Positions 18,337 through 28,275 are shown, numbered from the stretch's first letter. The stretch: 64,000 nucleotides of DNA from Candidatus Sumerlaeia bacterium (GCA_028284075.1 JANQSL010000056.1:4564-68563); one strand, 5' to 3'. A program made the numbers and translations. Notes: generated by a model from the sequence alone, not told the origin.

Positions 18337-21192
18337 GTGTGCGGAGCGCGGACGTCCATGAGCAATGAAATTTTTCGAGAGTCAGGCGGAAACAGCGAGG
18401 TTCCGATCAACCTGCCTGACAACTCAATGAATTCGTATGACCCTGCTCATGCATCCCTTCAGGAGGAGCAGGGTAAAGAGTGGGAGAGTTTTGACGACCC
18501 GGTTCGCACCATCGATGAAAACCGAATCGATCAAGAATTACAAAGCAAGGAATGGAATCGTCCTCACATCGGGGAATCGGGTAAATTCAGTCTGCGCCGC
18601 ATCGTTGGAAAAGGGGGATTCGGTGAGGTACATGAAGCGCTACAGGGCAGTCTGAATCGTATTGTTGCAATCAAACGCCTGCGAAGGGATGTCCTTGCCC
18701 GAGCCCGTGAGGGAGGAGTGCGAATTACCGGGGGTCTTGTTCAGGAATTCGAACGGGAAGCAATCGTTTCAGCGAATCTTGAACACCCCAACATCATGCC
18801 CGTACACGAGCTTGGGACAGCAGAGGACGGAACACCTCTGATCGCGATGAAGTTCATCCGAGGCAACCCCTGGGACAAACAGATCGAGGAAGACTTTCCC
18901 CTTCTCAAGGTCGACGACTTCCTGGCGAAACACATTCCTATTCTCGTCGATGTTGCCCAGGCGGTGGCTTTTGCCCATTCGCGCGGAGTGACTCACCGTG
19001 ATCTGAAGCCCAGCCAGGTACTGGTTGGAAGCTTCGGTGAAGTAATTCTCACGGACTGGGGCCTGGCCGTCACCCACGATCCGAAAAGACTCAACCAGTT
19101 CGGGCAGGAGATCCCCGAGGATCTGATTCCCACTCTCGATACAACTCGCCATCCGGCGGGCACGCCGGCGTTCATGGCACCGGAGCAGGCATCGCTTCGT
19201 CCGGAGGGCATTGGTCCATGCACAGACGTCTACCTCCTGGGTGGAACCTTGTATTTTCTTTTGACTGGAAAACCCCCTCATAATTCCGAAGACAGTGCAA
19301 AGGCCTTCATGATGGCCGCTCTTGGGGAGGTGAAGCCTATTGAAACGGCCGCGGGTTTGAGACCCTGGCCCGAGCAACTTGGTGTCGTCGCGATGGAGGC
19401 TTTGGAGGCGGATATCGACAAGCGCACATCATCTGTTGAGTTGTTCATTTCGCAACTCAACGACTGGCTTACGGGCGCATCAGGCAAGCGCGAGTCTGAA
19501 AAACTGTGCCGCGATGCTTCGAGTCTTCTTCCGGATCTGAAGGACGAATATCGTGACTACGCAGCAGTTGCCATTCAGCTGAATCGCGCGGCGGCCCTCT
19601 GGCCGGACAACCCCGGTTTGCCTAGACTCAGAAACCACGTTCACGGTCGTTGGGCGGATCTCGCGCGCCGGTCCGGCGATTTCGCACTCTCCCGCATGCA
19701 GGCAGAGATGGTCTCCGACAAGGAGCGTCGGGAAGAGCTGACTAACGCCGTTGAGGCCTCCGAAAAGGAGAGGAAAGAAAAAGAGCATCAGCGCCGGAAG
19801 CTGGCATGGGCTGTGAGGGGATTACTTGCAGCCATCCTTGTTTTTGGCGGACTCTTTATCCTTCGTCTGCAGAAGCAGAGAGCGGCCACTGCTGCGGCGA
19901 TGAAGGAAGCGACCGCAGCAAGGGATGAAACGCAGGATTTAGCCTACTTCATGCTGAGCGACCTCGCTCAGTCTCTCGCTCCAATCGGTGATGCTGAACC
20001 GATGCGCCGTCTCGCATCACGAGTCATTGACTATTACGAGCAGTTGCCACTCGAGCGGCAAACTCCGGACGCACGATTCGAGCAAGGGCGGGCGAGGCAA
20101 GCCTTCGCACTGGCTCAAATTCAATTCGGTAATCTTGAGAGCGCGGTTCATGAACTTTCCAGGGTCGATGAGATTGCCAGGAACCTTGTACGAGAGGATC
20201 CGGTCAATGGTGACTATCTGACCCTGGCTCTCGATTCCGGAACGTATTCCACGGCAGTGGCGGCTTTCTCGGGGTCGTTTGTGAAACAACGCGGGCTGCT
20301 TGTCGAAACACTGGAACTGGCCTCCGGCTCTGTCCGGAGAGCCACCGGTCAGCCGGTGGAATTCACCGAGGGAGACGCAGGCCTGATTGAACAGGCTGAG
20401 TATGCATTTTCATGGGCGAATGCGCCGCAGGGATGGCGATATCGAACAGCCGCATTGACGAACTGGATCGGAGAGCTTTTGGAGCAGGAAGGGAAATACG
20501 GTCTGGCAAAAACGGCATACTCCACTGGTGAGCGAATGCACACGGCGCTGTATAGTGAAAGGCAAACCCCGAATTCTCAGCAGCGAATCCTCGAGAACAG
20601 ACTTGAGCAGGGACGAATTGAAGAACGGCGTGGAAACTATCGCGGGGCTTTGACGATCATTGCAAAAGCTGAATCCAGTGTTCTCGAATATCACGAAAAA
20701 GATCGCCTTGATGCACGATGGATTCGCGGGCTGGCGCTGACGCGTCGCTTCAAGTGCCGGGTCCTTGGGCGTATGAAGCAGTTTGGCGAGGCGATGATCG
20801 CCGCGAATCAATCGGTTGAGGCCTGCCGGGTTCTTCTCGATCGCGATGCCCGAAATGCAATCGTGCGCTACGACCTGAGCCTGGCGTTGCTGAACAGAGC
20901 TCTTGTTTTCCACAGCGCTGATGACATCTCAGAGGCGGAGGAAGACACGCGGGAAGCATACCGTCTCATGATTGAAGTGGCTGGTCCGGACCCGGAATAC
21001 AGGCCCTGGGCTCTTCATCTGACATCTTGTCGAAGAGTTTTCGACATGCTGTCACAGGAGATGATATCGAGTGGAGATCTTTCGGGTGGAGAGCGGCTTC
21101 GGGCTGAATTTCAACTCGATGACATGAAGCTCGACGTCTCCTCGGAAACATGGCTGCTCGATGGAGATTTTCTTTTCGGCAGCGTATACTGA
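18337..21192 (+). CDS. Serine/threonine protein kinase with a long C-terminal TPR-like/helical domain
   Basis: GKGGFGEV, AIKRL, HRDLKPSQVL, DWGLA and APE motifs, then one transmembrane helix and a helical repeat region. The track start at 18337 is GTG and the first ATG is at 18358. Confidence 0.85.
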   Translation: MCGARTSMSNEIFRESGGNSEVPINLPDNSMNSYDPAHASLQEEQGKEWESFDDPVRTIDENRIDQELQSKEWNRPHIGESGKFSLRRIVGKGGFGEVHEALQGSLNRIVAIKRLRRDVLARAREGGVRITGGLVQEFEREAIVSANLEHPNIMPVHELGTAEDGTPLIAMKFIRGNPWDKQIEEDFPLLKVDDFLAKHIPILVDVAQAVAFAHSRGVTHRDLKPSQVLVGSFGEVILTDWGLAVTHDPKRLNQFGQEIPEDLIPTLDTTRHPAGTPAFMAPEQASLRPEGIGPCTDVYLLGGTLYFLLTGKPPHNSEDSAKAFMMAALGEVKPIETAAGLRPWPEQLGVVAMEALEADIDKRTSSVELFISQLNDWLTGASGKRESEKLCRDASSLLPDLKDEYRDYAAVAIQLNRAAALWPDNPGLPRLRNHVHGRWADLARRSGDFALSRMQAEMVSDKERREELTNAVEASEKERKEKEHQRRKLAWAVRGLLAAILVFGGLFILRLQKQRAATAAAMKEATAARDETQDLAYFMLSDLAQSLAPIGDAEPMRRLASRVIDYYEQLPLERQTPDARFEQGRARQAFALAQIQFGNLESAVHELSRVDEIARNLVREDPVNGDYLTLALDSGTYSTAVAAFSGSFVKQRGLLVETLELASGSVRRATGQPVEFTEGDAGLIEQAEYAFSWANAPQGWRYRTAALTNWIGELLEQEGKYGLAKTAYSTGERMHTALYSERQTPNSQQRILENRLEQGRIEERRGNYRGALTIIAKAESSVLEYHEKDRLDARWIRGLALTRRFKCRVLGRMKQFGEAMIAANQSVEACRVLLDRDARNAIVRYDLSLALLNRALVFHSADDISEAEEDTREAYRLMIEVAGPDPEYRPWALHLTSCRRVFDMLSQEMISSGDLSGGERLRAEFQLDDMKLDVSSETWLLDGDFLFGSVY

Positions 21193-21279
21193 AAGCGGCT
21201 TCAAGCGATGAGTGTTTTCATGGAGGTGCTGTCTGTTCAAATCTCCGGATCGACCTCGCCTTTTTCCGTCACCTGTGCG

Positions 21280-21308
21280 TTGACCCTGCCTGCCAGCATC
21301 TGATAATC
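21280..21308 (+). promoter_or_regulatory. Sigma70-like promoter TTGACC-N17-ATAATC upstream of the Rrf2 gene
   Basis: Near-consensus -35 and -10 elements with 17 nt spacing about 22 nt upstream of the RBS AAGGATGG. An imperfect inverted repeat CTGCCAG...ATGGCAG overlaps the -10. Confidence 0.5.
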
Positions 21309-21330
21309 TTAAAACAAGGATGGCAGTCAA

Positions 21331-21753
21331 ATGATTCCCGTCACCGCTGAGTATGCTTTGCGCGCCGTTGTGTTTCTGATACAGAATCAGGATGAGTTCC
21401 ATGCTGCGTCAGCCATGAGTGAGCGAATCAGGGTTCCGGCAAGCTATCTCGTAAAGGTGCTGCAACAATTGACGCGCGCGGGTATCGTGCGCTCGCAGCG
21501 GGGTCCCGGTGGAGGGTATACTCTGGTAAAGAGTGCTGATCAAATTACAATCCACGATGTGTTCGAAGCGGTGGACTCTGTACCGGACCGAATCAAGTCC
21601 TGCCCCCTGGGCCTGAAGGGACACACGGAGCTTTGTGTTCTTCACAGGATGGTGGACAACGCCCTGCTTCAGATGGAAATTGCTTTTCGCACAACGAGCC
21701 TCCGCCAGCTTCTCGACACGGCGGACGAGATGGTTCCCTTGTGCGATCTCTAA
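21331..21753 (+). CDS. Rrf2 family transcriptional regulator (IscR/NsrR-like)
   Basis: N-terminal winged helix-turn-helix with the Rrf2 signature YALRAVVFL...GPGGGY. Cysteines lie in the C-terminal half. Confidence 0.9.
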   Translation: MIPVTAEYALRAVVFLIQNQDEFHAASAMSERIRVPASYLVKVLQQLTRAGIVRSQRGPGGGYTLVKSADQITIHDVFEAVDSVPDRIKSCPLGLKGHTELCVLHRMVDNALLQMEIAFRTTSLRQLLDTADEMVPLCDL

Positions 21754-23009
21754 GTGCCTGGCGGATCGCCGGTCGTGCCGCGGTCCGCCAGGACCGACAC
21801 CGCGATTTTCAGTATTAGTGTGTAAACCATCAAACCAAAAGCCCAGATGCCCACGGTGATCTTCCATTCCGTCACGCTGGGAAGATACTCCACAACTTCG
21901 TGCAACGTGCTCGGGATAAATCCGGGAACGATCAGTCCCATGCCTTTTTCGATCCAGATGCCCGCGAAGGTCATGAGGCAGGCTGCCGTGAGGAACGACC
22001 GGTTTCGGGTTGCCTGTGGAAGGAGAAACATTACCGCCGCGGCCACGTTGAGAAGTACGGCGCTCCAAATCCATGGAACCAGAGAGTTGTGTCCGTGAAG
22101 TCCGAAAAAGAGATAGCGCGCGGAGGCGGTATGAGAGCCGCCGCTGTAGAATTCGGTGAACAGCTCGCACAGCAGCAGGAAAATGTTGAGAAGGCACGTC
22201 ACGCGGATAATATTGAGAAGCGTACGACGAGCTCCCTCTCCGAAGCGGAGCCCGGCAAGTTTTTCAAGAACGTGAAAGGTGATGAGAATAAAGGCGGGAC
22301 CGGAGACAAAGGCCGAAGCGAGAAAGCGGGGTGCAAGCACGGCTGAGTTCCAGAGCGGCCTCCCGCCCAGTCCGCAATAAAGGAACGCCGTTATTGTGTG
22401 AATGGAGATGGCCCACACGATGGAAACGAACACGAAGGGTTTGTACCACGTCGGGTTTGGTTTCTGACGCAGGAACCGGATGTAGAGCAGGTACCCACAG
22501 ATATGCATGTTTAGAAGCAGGTAACCGTTCAGCACGATCACATCCCACGTGAGCATCGAAATGGGAAAGTTGAACCGGCCGATGAAAGGAAACAGGTGCC
22601 AGAAACGATCCGGACGGCCGAGATCAACCGTCACGAACAACAGACACACGATGATAGAGGCGATGGCAAGTAACTCGCCGACGATGGTCATGTCATGCAT
22701 GTCTTCATCGTGATAGAGATAGGCGGGAATGACCATCATGACGCCGCCCGCTGCAAGCCCCACGAAGAACGTGAAATTGGCAATGTACAGACCCCAGGAC
22801 ACGTGATCGGTCATGTTGGTGATCTGCATGCCGTTGGCGACCTGATTGGCCCAGGCATTCGCTCCCACAAGCGCGAGTGCGGTCAACAATGTCATCCATG
22901 CATAGAACAGCGGGCTTCCACTGGTGGCCTGACCGAACGAATGCAGCAGGAATCGCGGATAGCTCGTCACTTTGCGGGTGAAGCCGCCTTCATCGGCGAT
23001 GACGCTCAT
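21750..23009 (-). CDS. NrfD/PsrC-family integral membrane quinol-interacting subunit
   Basis: A ~420 aa polytopic membrane protein with NrfD-family pattern. Last gene of the cytochrome c / FeS / NrfD operon. Start MSVIADEGG. Confidence 0.85.
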   Translation of the reverse strand: MSVIADEGGFTRKVTSYPRFLLHSFGQATSGSPLFYAWMTLLTALALVGANAWANQVANGMQITNMTDHVSWGLYIANFTFFVGLAAGGVMMVIPAYLYHDEDMHDMTIVGELLAIASIIVCLLFVTVDLGRPDRFWHLFPFIGRFNFPISMLTWDVIVLNGYLLLNMHICGYLLYIRFLRQKPNPTWYKPFVFVSIVWAISIHTITAFLYCGLGGRPLWNSAVLAPRFLASAFVSGPAFILITFHVLEKLAGLRFGEGARRTLLNIIRVTCLLNIFLLLCELFTEFYSGGSHTASARYLFFGLHGHNSLVPWIWSAVLLNVAAAVMFLLPQATRNRSFLTAACLMTFAGIWIEKGMGLIVPGFIPSTLHEVVEYLPSVTEWKITVGIWAFGLMVYTLILKIAVSVLADRGTTGDPPGT

Positions 23010-23022
23010 TGTGGACTTTTTC

Positions 23023-23964
23023 CTATTCGTCGAAGAAATAGAAGAACTGAGGTTTGGTGCCAAGTTCCTCCTTCAATACAAAGACGCGCTTGTTTTCAAG
23101 GACCCAGCGAATTTCCGATTCCGGATCCAGAAGGTTGCCAAAGACCCGGGCCCCTGTCGGGCAGGCCTCAAGGCACGCCGGAAGCTTCCCCTTGCGCGTG
23201 CGATGCAGGCAGAACGTGCATTTCTCCATGACCCCTGCCGGCCGAACCCGGTTGCTCAAATATCCCTGATCAGGATTGATATCCTGACTGGGAATCTCCG
23301 GCTTCTTCCAGTTGAAGCGACGCGCATGGTATGGACAGGCTGCCTCACAGTAGCGGCAGCCAATGCACCAGTTGTAGTCAACCACGACGATGCCATCCTG
23401 TTCCTTCCATGTGGCCTCCACAGGGCAGACATGTACACAGGGCGGGTTTTCGCACTGCTGACACTGCACGGGCATGTAGAACTTGTCTTTTTGCGGAACC
23501 GGATGGTTGTAGTTGGCGTCCCCTTTCTCGAAATCGATGCCACCCTTCTCCATTTCAAACACGCGAATGTAGGACTGGTTCGTTTCGCGGTCATGATTGT
23601 TCTCGATATGACACGCCTCCGCGCACTTGCGACAGCCGATACAGATGCTGAGGTTGAGCGCGTACCCGAACTTCACTCCTTCCTTTGGGCGATAGTCGTT
23701 GATGGATACATCGACTCCATGGTCCTCGACGGCTTCCCGCTCCAGGCGTGCAAGGACTGTTTGGAGTTCGCCGGGTTTCAGTTCCTTGTAGTGTTTCTGG
23801 AGGAACTCGTCGACACTCATGTCGCTGGTCCACTCCGTGATGGGAGCGATGGCTTTCGCGAGGGCCGCCATTCCGAGCATCGCGGCACCACCCTTCAGTG
23901 CTGTGCGACGATCGAATCCGATCTTGCCGGAATCATGTTTGGGAGGCTTTGAATCTGTACTCAT
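23023..23964 (-). CDS. TAT-exported 4Fe-4S ferredoxin-type subunit (NrfC/PsrB-like)
   Basis: Twin-arginine motif DRRTALKGG and multiple CxxCxxCxxxCP clusters. Confidence 0.9.
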   Translation of the reverse strand: MSTDSKPPKHDSGKIGFDRRTALKGGAAMLGMAALAKAIAPITEWTSDMSVDEFLQKHYKELKPGELQTVLARLEREAVEDHGVDVSINDYRPKEGVKFGYALNLSICIGCRKCAEACHIENNHDRETNQSYIRVFEMEKGGIDFEKGDANYNHPVPQKDKFYMPVQCQQCENPPCVHVCPVEATWKEQDGIVVVDYNWCIGCRYCEAACPYHARRFNWKKPEIPSQDINPDQGYLSNRVRPAGVMEKCTFCLHRTRKGKLPACLEACPTGARVFGNLLDPESEIRWVLENKRVFVLKEELGTKPQFFYFFDE

Positions 23965-24608
23965 TCGCTATGTCTTTCGTTGTGATCCGAGGCATTTTGG
24001 GAGCGAATACTGATATGGCGATCTCTGGGCGGAGGAGCGGGGTACATCTGTGGAAAAGCCGGGCTGTGGGGATCGTGACACTGCACGCAGCTATTGCGTG
24101 TTCGCGGACCCAGAGTCGTGTCCCAGTATCCCGTCATGCCACCATGCGACCCGTTCTCATAGTCTCTCGCCTGAGGTCCGTGACATTGTGCGCAGAGCTG
24201 CATGGCATTCGCCCAGGGCGTGTGTGTGCCATCCGCGAGGCGGAGCTCTTCATTGTTGCCGGGATCGTGGCAGGACGCGCAAACCAGCTGTCCATGCTCG
24301 AAATTCAGGCCGAGGTGGAAGCTCTCCAGTTCCGCGGCGGATCGGACCGGGACGGCATTCGTTCGCGTTGCGTGGCATGTTGAGCAATCGGCCGTGACAG
24401 GTTCCCCGGATCCCGTCGTGAATCCCGTTTCAATAGCAGGCGAGGGACCCGGGCTGCGTGTATGAACAGGAAACCGCTGGATGGCTTCCTTTGGCTTATT
24501 CGCAGGCTCAGTACTCTGCTGGCTGGTCCCGATCGCTTGGGAGAGTACTCCCGTCAGCAGGCTAAGTGATACAATACCAGTAATCTGAAAAGCCGTCTTG
24601 CGCCTCAT
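23961..24608 (-). CDS. Tetrahaem c-type cytochrome (periplasmic)
   Basis: Signal peptide and four CxxCH motifs: CSTCH, CASCH, CAQCH and CVQCH. Overlaps the FeS gene by 4 nt. Confidence 0.85.
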   Translation of the reverse strand: MRRKTAFQITGIVSLSLLTGVLSQAIGTSQQSTEPANKPKEAIQRFPVHTRSPGPSPAIETGFTTGSGEPVTADCSTCHATRTNAVPVRSAAELESFHLGLNFEHGQLVCASCHDPGNNEELRLADGTHTPWANAMQLCAQCHGPQARDYENGSHGGMTGYWDTTLGPRTRNSCVQCHDPHSPAFPQMYPAPPPRDRHISIRSQNASDHNERHSE

Positions 24609-24670
24609 GAGGGCCTCTCCAGCGAGTTCGCAGATAACGGAAGAAGTGATGCTTCGGATGTATGAGAGAT

Positions 24671-24701
24671 ATCAAGACAAATTTATCCGATTTGTCTTGA
24701 T
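24671..24701. promoter_or_regulatory. Perfect 12-7-12 inverted repeat ATCAAGACAAAT-TTATCCG-ATTTGTCTTGAT in the divergent promoter region
   Basis: Read directly from the sequence. It lies between the cytochrome c operon start (24608, minus) and the napD start (24760, plus). Confidence 0.6.
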
Positions 24702-24759
24702 TCCGAGCGCTACGATCCCTAAATCACTCATCAACACTGTAAATGATGGAAGGTGTACG

Positions 24760-25026
24760 ATGCCTGTCAGCGGCTTGGTACTAACACTTTCGGCGAACGG
24801 GGGAACTGCGGCGGAGGCAATCTCGGCTCTCAAGGCACGTCCCGAAATCGAATGCGAGGCTCCGCGAGGCAACAAACTGCCCGTTGCCGTGGATACATTG
24901 GATCGCACGAAAGATCAGGCGCTTTGGCGTTGGATCAACGAGCTGCCGGGTGTTGATTTCATCGATGTTGTCTTTATCTCGTTTCCTGAAGACGAGGATT
25001 CCCCGGAAGTGGCGGAGGCCTGCTGA
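24760..25026 (+). CDS. napD: NapD chaperone for NapA (TorD-like)
   Basis: ~88 aa NapD-like sequence ending 1 nt into napA (TGATG). RBS GGAAGG. The upstream part of ORF 24598..25026 crosses the operator region and is not coding. Confidence 0.75.
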   Translation: MPVSGLVLTLSANGGTAAEAISALKARPEIECEAPRGNKLPVAVDTLDRTKDQALWRWINELPGVDFIDVVFISFPEDEDSPEVAEAC

Positions 25027-27473
25027 TGAAACGACGGGATTTTCTCAAGCGCAGCGCGATGGCGGCGGCGGTTGCCGCAGCGGGCCCGCTGCCCGGTCAG
25101 ACGACCGTGCCGGAGTATACGGAGTCTGCTGAAGGCGATACCGGGTTGGAGTGGGAAAAAGCACCCTGTCGGTTCTGTGGAACCGGGTGTCATGTCATGG
25201 TTGGTCGAGAGAACGGAAAGGTCCGCGCCATTGCCGGTGACAGGAAAGCTGACGTGAACAAGGGCCTGCTGTGCGTAAAGGGCTATCACGTCGGCATGAT
25301 CCTCTATGGTCAGGATCGTTTACGCTATCCAATGCTGCGGAAGAATGGCGAGATGACCCGGATTTCGTGGGACGAGGCGATCGACGTTATTGCCGATCGG
25401 GTGGAAGCTGATCCCGCGGCTTTTGCCATTTATGGCAGCGGACAATGGACAATTCCCGAAGGCTATGTTGCGCAGAAATTCATGAAAGGCGGTTTGGCAA
25501 ACAACCATATCGATCCCAACGCACGACTCTGCATGGCCTCCGCGGTGACCGGTTTCATCAGTACCTATGGCGTGGACGAACCGGCGGGATGCTATCAGGA
25601 TCTGGATGAGTGCGATGTACTGATTATGTGGGGGAACAATCCGGCGGAAATGCATCCGGTTCTCTTCTCGCGCGTCGTCGACCGGCGTTCCCGCGGCGAG
25701 GAGATCCTGATGATCGATATCGGGACACGCCGCACCCGGACCACCGATCATTGTCAGCACTATCTTGAGTTCAAACCCCATACGGATCTTGCCATCGCCA
25801 ACGGCATCGCTCATCTGCTGATTAAAAACGGAACCTGGGACAAAAAGTTCGTCGAGAATCACTGTAACTTCCGGGCGGACACCGAGAAGCCAACGCTTCT
25901 CGGCAGGGAGATTACGTTCGAAGAATACAAGAAACTGGTCGAGCCGTATACCCCGGAGTACGTCGAGAAAATCTCAGGTGTTCCAGCAGAAAAAATCCGC
26001 CTCCTTGGAGATCTGTTCGGACAGCGCGATATACGGATTTGCAGCCTTTGGTGCATGGGAATGAACCAGCACACACGAGGCACAGCGATTAACAACCTCG
26101 TACACGGCGTTCATCTCTTGAGCGGGCATTTTGGCCGCCCCGGTGATGCTCCGACGAGCCTGACAGGCCAGCCTTCGGCATGCGGAACGGTCCGGGAGGT
26201 CGGAACTCTCGCGCATGCACTTCCCGGGGGACGTGTCGTTGCAAACGCCGAGCACCGGGCGGAGACGGAAAAACTCTGGAATCTTCCGGAGGGCCGCGTG
26301 AATGCCAAACCCGGATATCACACGGTTCTCATGTGGGAGAAATTTTGCACTCCAACGGAGGAAGGCGGAGATATTGGAACGATCTGGGTTCAGGTCACCA
26401 ACCCGGGACAAACTCTTCCCAACCGCCACAAGTTGTTCGAAGCGAAAAGGGATCTGAAAGACAAGTTTCTCATTGTCTCCGAAGTTTATCCGACTGCCTC
26501 GACGGAACTGGCGGACCTGGTTCTCCCCGCAGCGCTTTGGGTCGAAAAAAACGGGGTCTACGGGAATTCGGAACGGCGAACACAACAATGGTTTAAGATG
26601 GTCGAGCCTCCCGGTGAAGCCCGCGACGACTGCTGGCAGACACTCGCCGTTGCGCGACGGCTTTACGAACGAGGCTTTGAGGCAATGAAGGGGAGAGATG
26701 GCCGATTCATTTTCGATATTCGCAACGAAGATGGAAGTGAGATTCCCTATTGGAAATGGGAGCACTACTATGACACGAACGTGGACAAGGCCCTGTTCGA
26801 GGAGTACCGGCAGTTCACACGTTTAAAGCACAAAGACCTCGCACCCTACGATGAGTACGTCAGGGCGCACGGATTACGCTGGCCTGTTGTTCAGCAGCAG
26901 GACGGAACCTGGCGCGAGACGAAGTTCCGGTTTTCGGAGTTCGATGATCCCTATGTTACAAAGGGTGCGGAATTTGAATTCTACCATTCAGTTACAAAGG
27001 ACGGGCGGGCGCTGATATGGTTCCGTCCTTACGAAGAACCTCCGGAGTCTCCTGACGATGAATTCCCAATGTGGCTCTCCACGGGTCGAGTTCTTGAGCA
27101 CTGGCATACCGGCACGATGACCATGCGTGTGCCACAGCTTCGCCGTGCCATGCCCGGCGCGTATGTGGAAATGAATCCAAAGGATGCGGCACGCCAGGGT
27201 ATTGTGAACGGCGAACGCATACTTGTCGAGACGCGCCGCGGCAGCATGGAATTGCCGGTTTGGGTCGAGGGCCGGGGACATCCTCCGGAGGGCACCGTCT
27301 TTATTCCGTTTTTCGATGAGACGCTGCTTGTGAATGATTTGACCCTTGAAGCCTACGATCCTTTCTCGAAACAGCCGGACTTCAAAAAGTGCGCGGTACG
27401 GGTTCGTCGTATACCCAATGAGCCTTATCAGGAAAAGGGTTTGGCTCCGGTGAATGCGAATGCGCCAGGTTGA
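25026..27473 (+). CDS. napA: Periplasmic nitrate reductase catalytic subunit NapA
   Basis: TAT signal RRDFLK, N-terminal CRFCGTGC [4Fe-4S] motif, Mo-ligand region NARLCMASAV, 815 aa. Confidence 0.95.
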   Translation: MKRRDFLKRSAMAAAVAAAGPLPGQTTVPEYTESAEGDTGLEWEKAPCRFCGTGCHVMVGRENGKVRAIAGDRKADVNKGLLCVKGYHVGMILYGQDRLRYPMLRKNGEMTRISWDEAIDVIADRVEADPAAFAIYGSGQWTIPEGYVAQKFMKGGLANNHIDPNARLCMASAVTGFISTYGVDEPAGCYQDLDECDVLIMWGNNPAEMHPVLFSRVVDRRSRGEEILMIDIGTRRTRTTDHCQHYLEFKPHTDLAIANGIAHLLIKNGTWDKKFVENHCNFRADTEKPTLLGREITFEEYKKLVEPYTPEYVEKISGVPAEKIRLLGDLFGQRDIRICSLWCMGMNQHTRGTAINNLVHGVHLLSGHFGRPGDAPTSLTGQPSACGTVREVGTLAHALPGGRVVANAEHRAETEKLWNLPEGRVNAKPGYHTVLMWEKFCTPTEEGGDIGTIWVQVTNPGQTLPNRHKLFEAKRDLKDKFLIVSEVYPTASTELADLVLPAALWVEKNGVYGNSERRTQQWFKMVEPPGEARDDCWQTLAVARRLYERGFEAMKGRDGRFIFDIRNEDGSEIPYWKWEHYYDTNVDKALFEEYRQFTRLKHKDLAPYDEYVRAHGLRWPVVQQQDGTWRETKFRFSEFDDPYVTKGAEFEFYHSVTKDGRALIWFRPYEEPPESPDDEFPMWLSTGRVLEHWHTGTMTMRVPQLRRAMPGAYVEMNPKDAARQGIVNGERILVETRRGSMELPVWVEGRGHPPEGTVFIPFFDETLLVNDLTLEAYDPFSKQPDFKKCAVRVRRIPNEPYQEKGLAPVNANAPG

Positions 27474-28275
27474 AACTTTTTCAGACCGAACGAAGGGTAG
27501 CCGCCTTGTATTCATCGGCGTTGCGTGTGTGCTTGCGGCGTCGCTGGTGGGGTATCTTGTTGGTTTGTCGCAGGAACCATACGTTACCGCACTTCCACGC
27601 ACGACAACGTCCTACGCTCCGTCCACTGTGATGTCGGCTGTCTCTTACAGTGATATGGATGTTATGTCTGCGGGACCGAACGCCGGTTGGAAGTCCGCCA
27701 CTGTTGCGGAGCTTGCAGGGGACTCGCCTCCGCCCCCCGTCTACGAGGATCAGGAGCAACTGCTGGCCTTGAAGAAGGCATCGCTCGCGGAGCGTGCGGA
27801 AAATCGGGCATTCAACGGTGCACCTCCCCTGGTTCCTCACCCCATCGACGGCTTGATGCTTGAATCGTGCATGGCATGCCATGGCGAAGGACTCGCTCTT
27901 GGCGAAGTGCGGGCTCCACGGATGAGCCATGAATACTACACCAACTGCGTTCAGTGCCACGCGCCTCTCGGCCAGCCTTTTCAGGAGGTGGGTTTGGACA
28001 CTCCGAGTGTTTTTGTGGGATTGCGGGCGCCGCTTGAGGGAGCAAGAGCCTGGGAGGGAGCGCCGCCAATCATTCCCCATGCCACATACATGCGAAACGA
28101 TTGCATGAGTTGTCATGGCCCCGCGGGTGCACCGGGTCTTCGCACGAGCCATCCGGAACGGCATAATTGCCAGCAGTGTCATGCACCTTCCGCGGAACTT
28201 GACCAGGCGTCCATCGGCGACTTTGACGAAAGCGGATTCATGAGCATATTCGACTCGCGGAACGCCGGAAATTGA
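27454..28275 (+). CDS. napB: Tetrahaem cytochrome made of two tandem NapB-like dihaem modules
   Basis: Two repeats of the NapB pattern: GAPPLVPH...CMACHG...CVQCHA, then GAPPIIPH...CMSCHG...CQQCHA. N-terminal signal anchor. Overlaps the napA 3' end. Confidence 0.8.
   Translation: MRMRQVETFSDRTKGSRLVFIGVACVLAASLVGYLVGLSQEPYVTALPRTTTSYAPSTVMSAVSYSDMDVMSAGPNAGWKSATVAELAGDSPPPPVYEDQEQLLALKKASLAERAENRAFNGAPPLVPHPIDGLMLESCMACHGEGLALGEVRAPRMSHEYYTNCVQCHAPLGQPFQEVGLDTPSVFVGLRAPLEGARAWEGAPPIIPHATYMRNDCMSCHGPAGAPGLRTSHPERHNCQQCHAPSAELDQASIGDFDESGFMSIFDSRNAGN

Noticed and set aside
24671-24701. Possibility that the 12-7-12 palindrome is an FNR/CRP box or a terminator
   Set aside because: Half-site orientation and spacing do not fit TTGAT-N4-ATCAA. 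It sits between divergent gene starts with no T-tract, so a terminator role is unlikely. It is kept as an operator of unknown factor.
24598-25026. Full 142 aa form of the napD ORF
   Set aside because: The N-terminal 54 codons run through the divergent promoter and palindrome region and look non-protein-like. The internal ATG at 24760 with a good RBS gives a canonical-length NapD.
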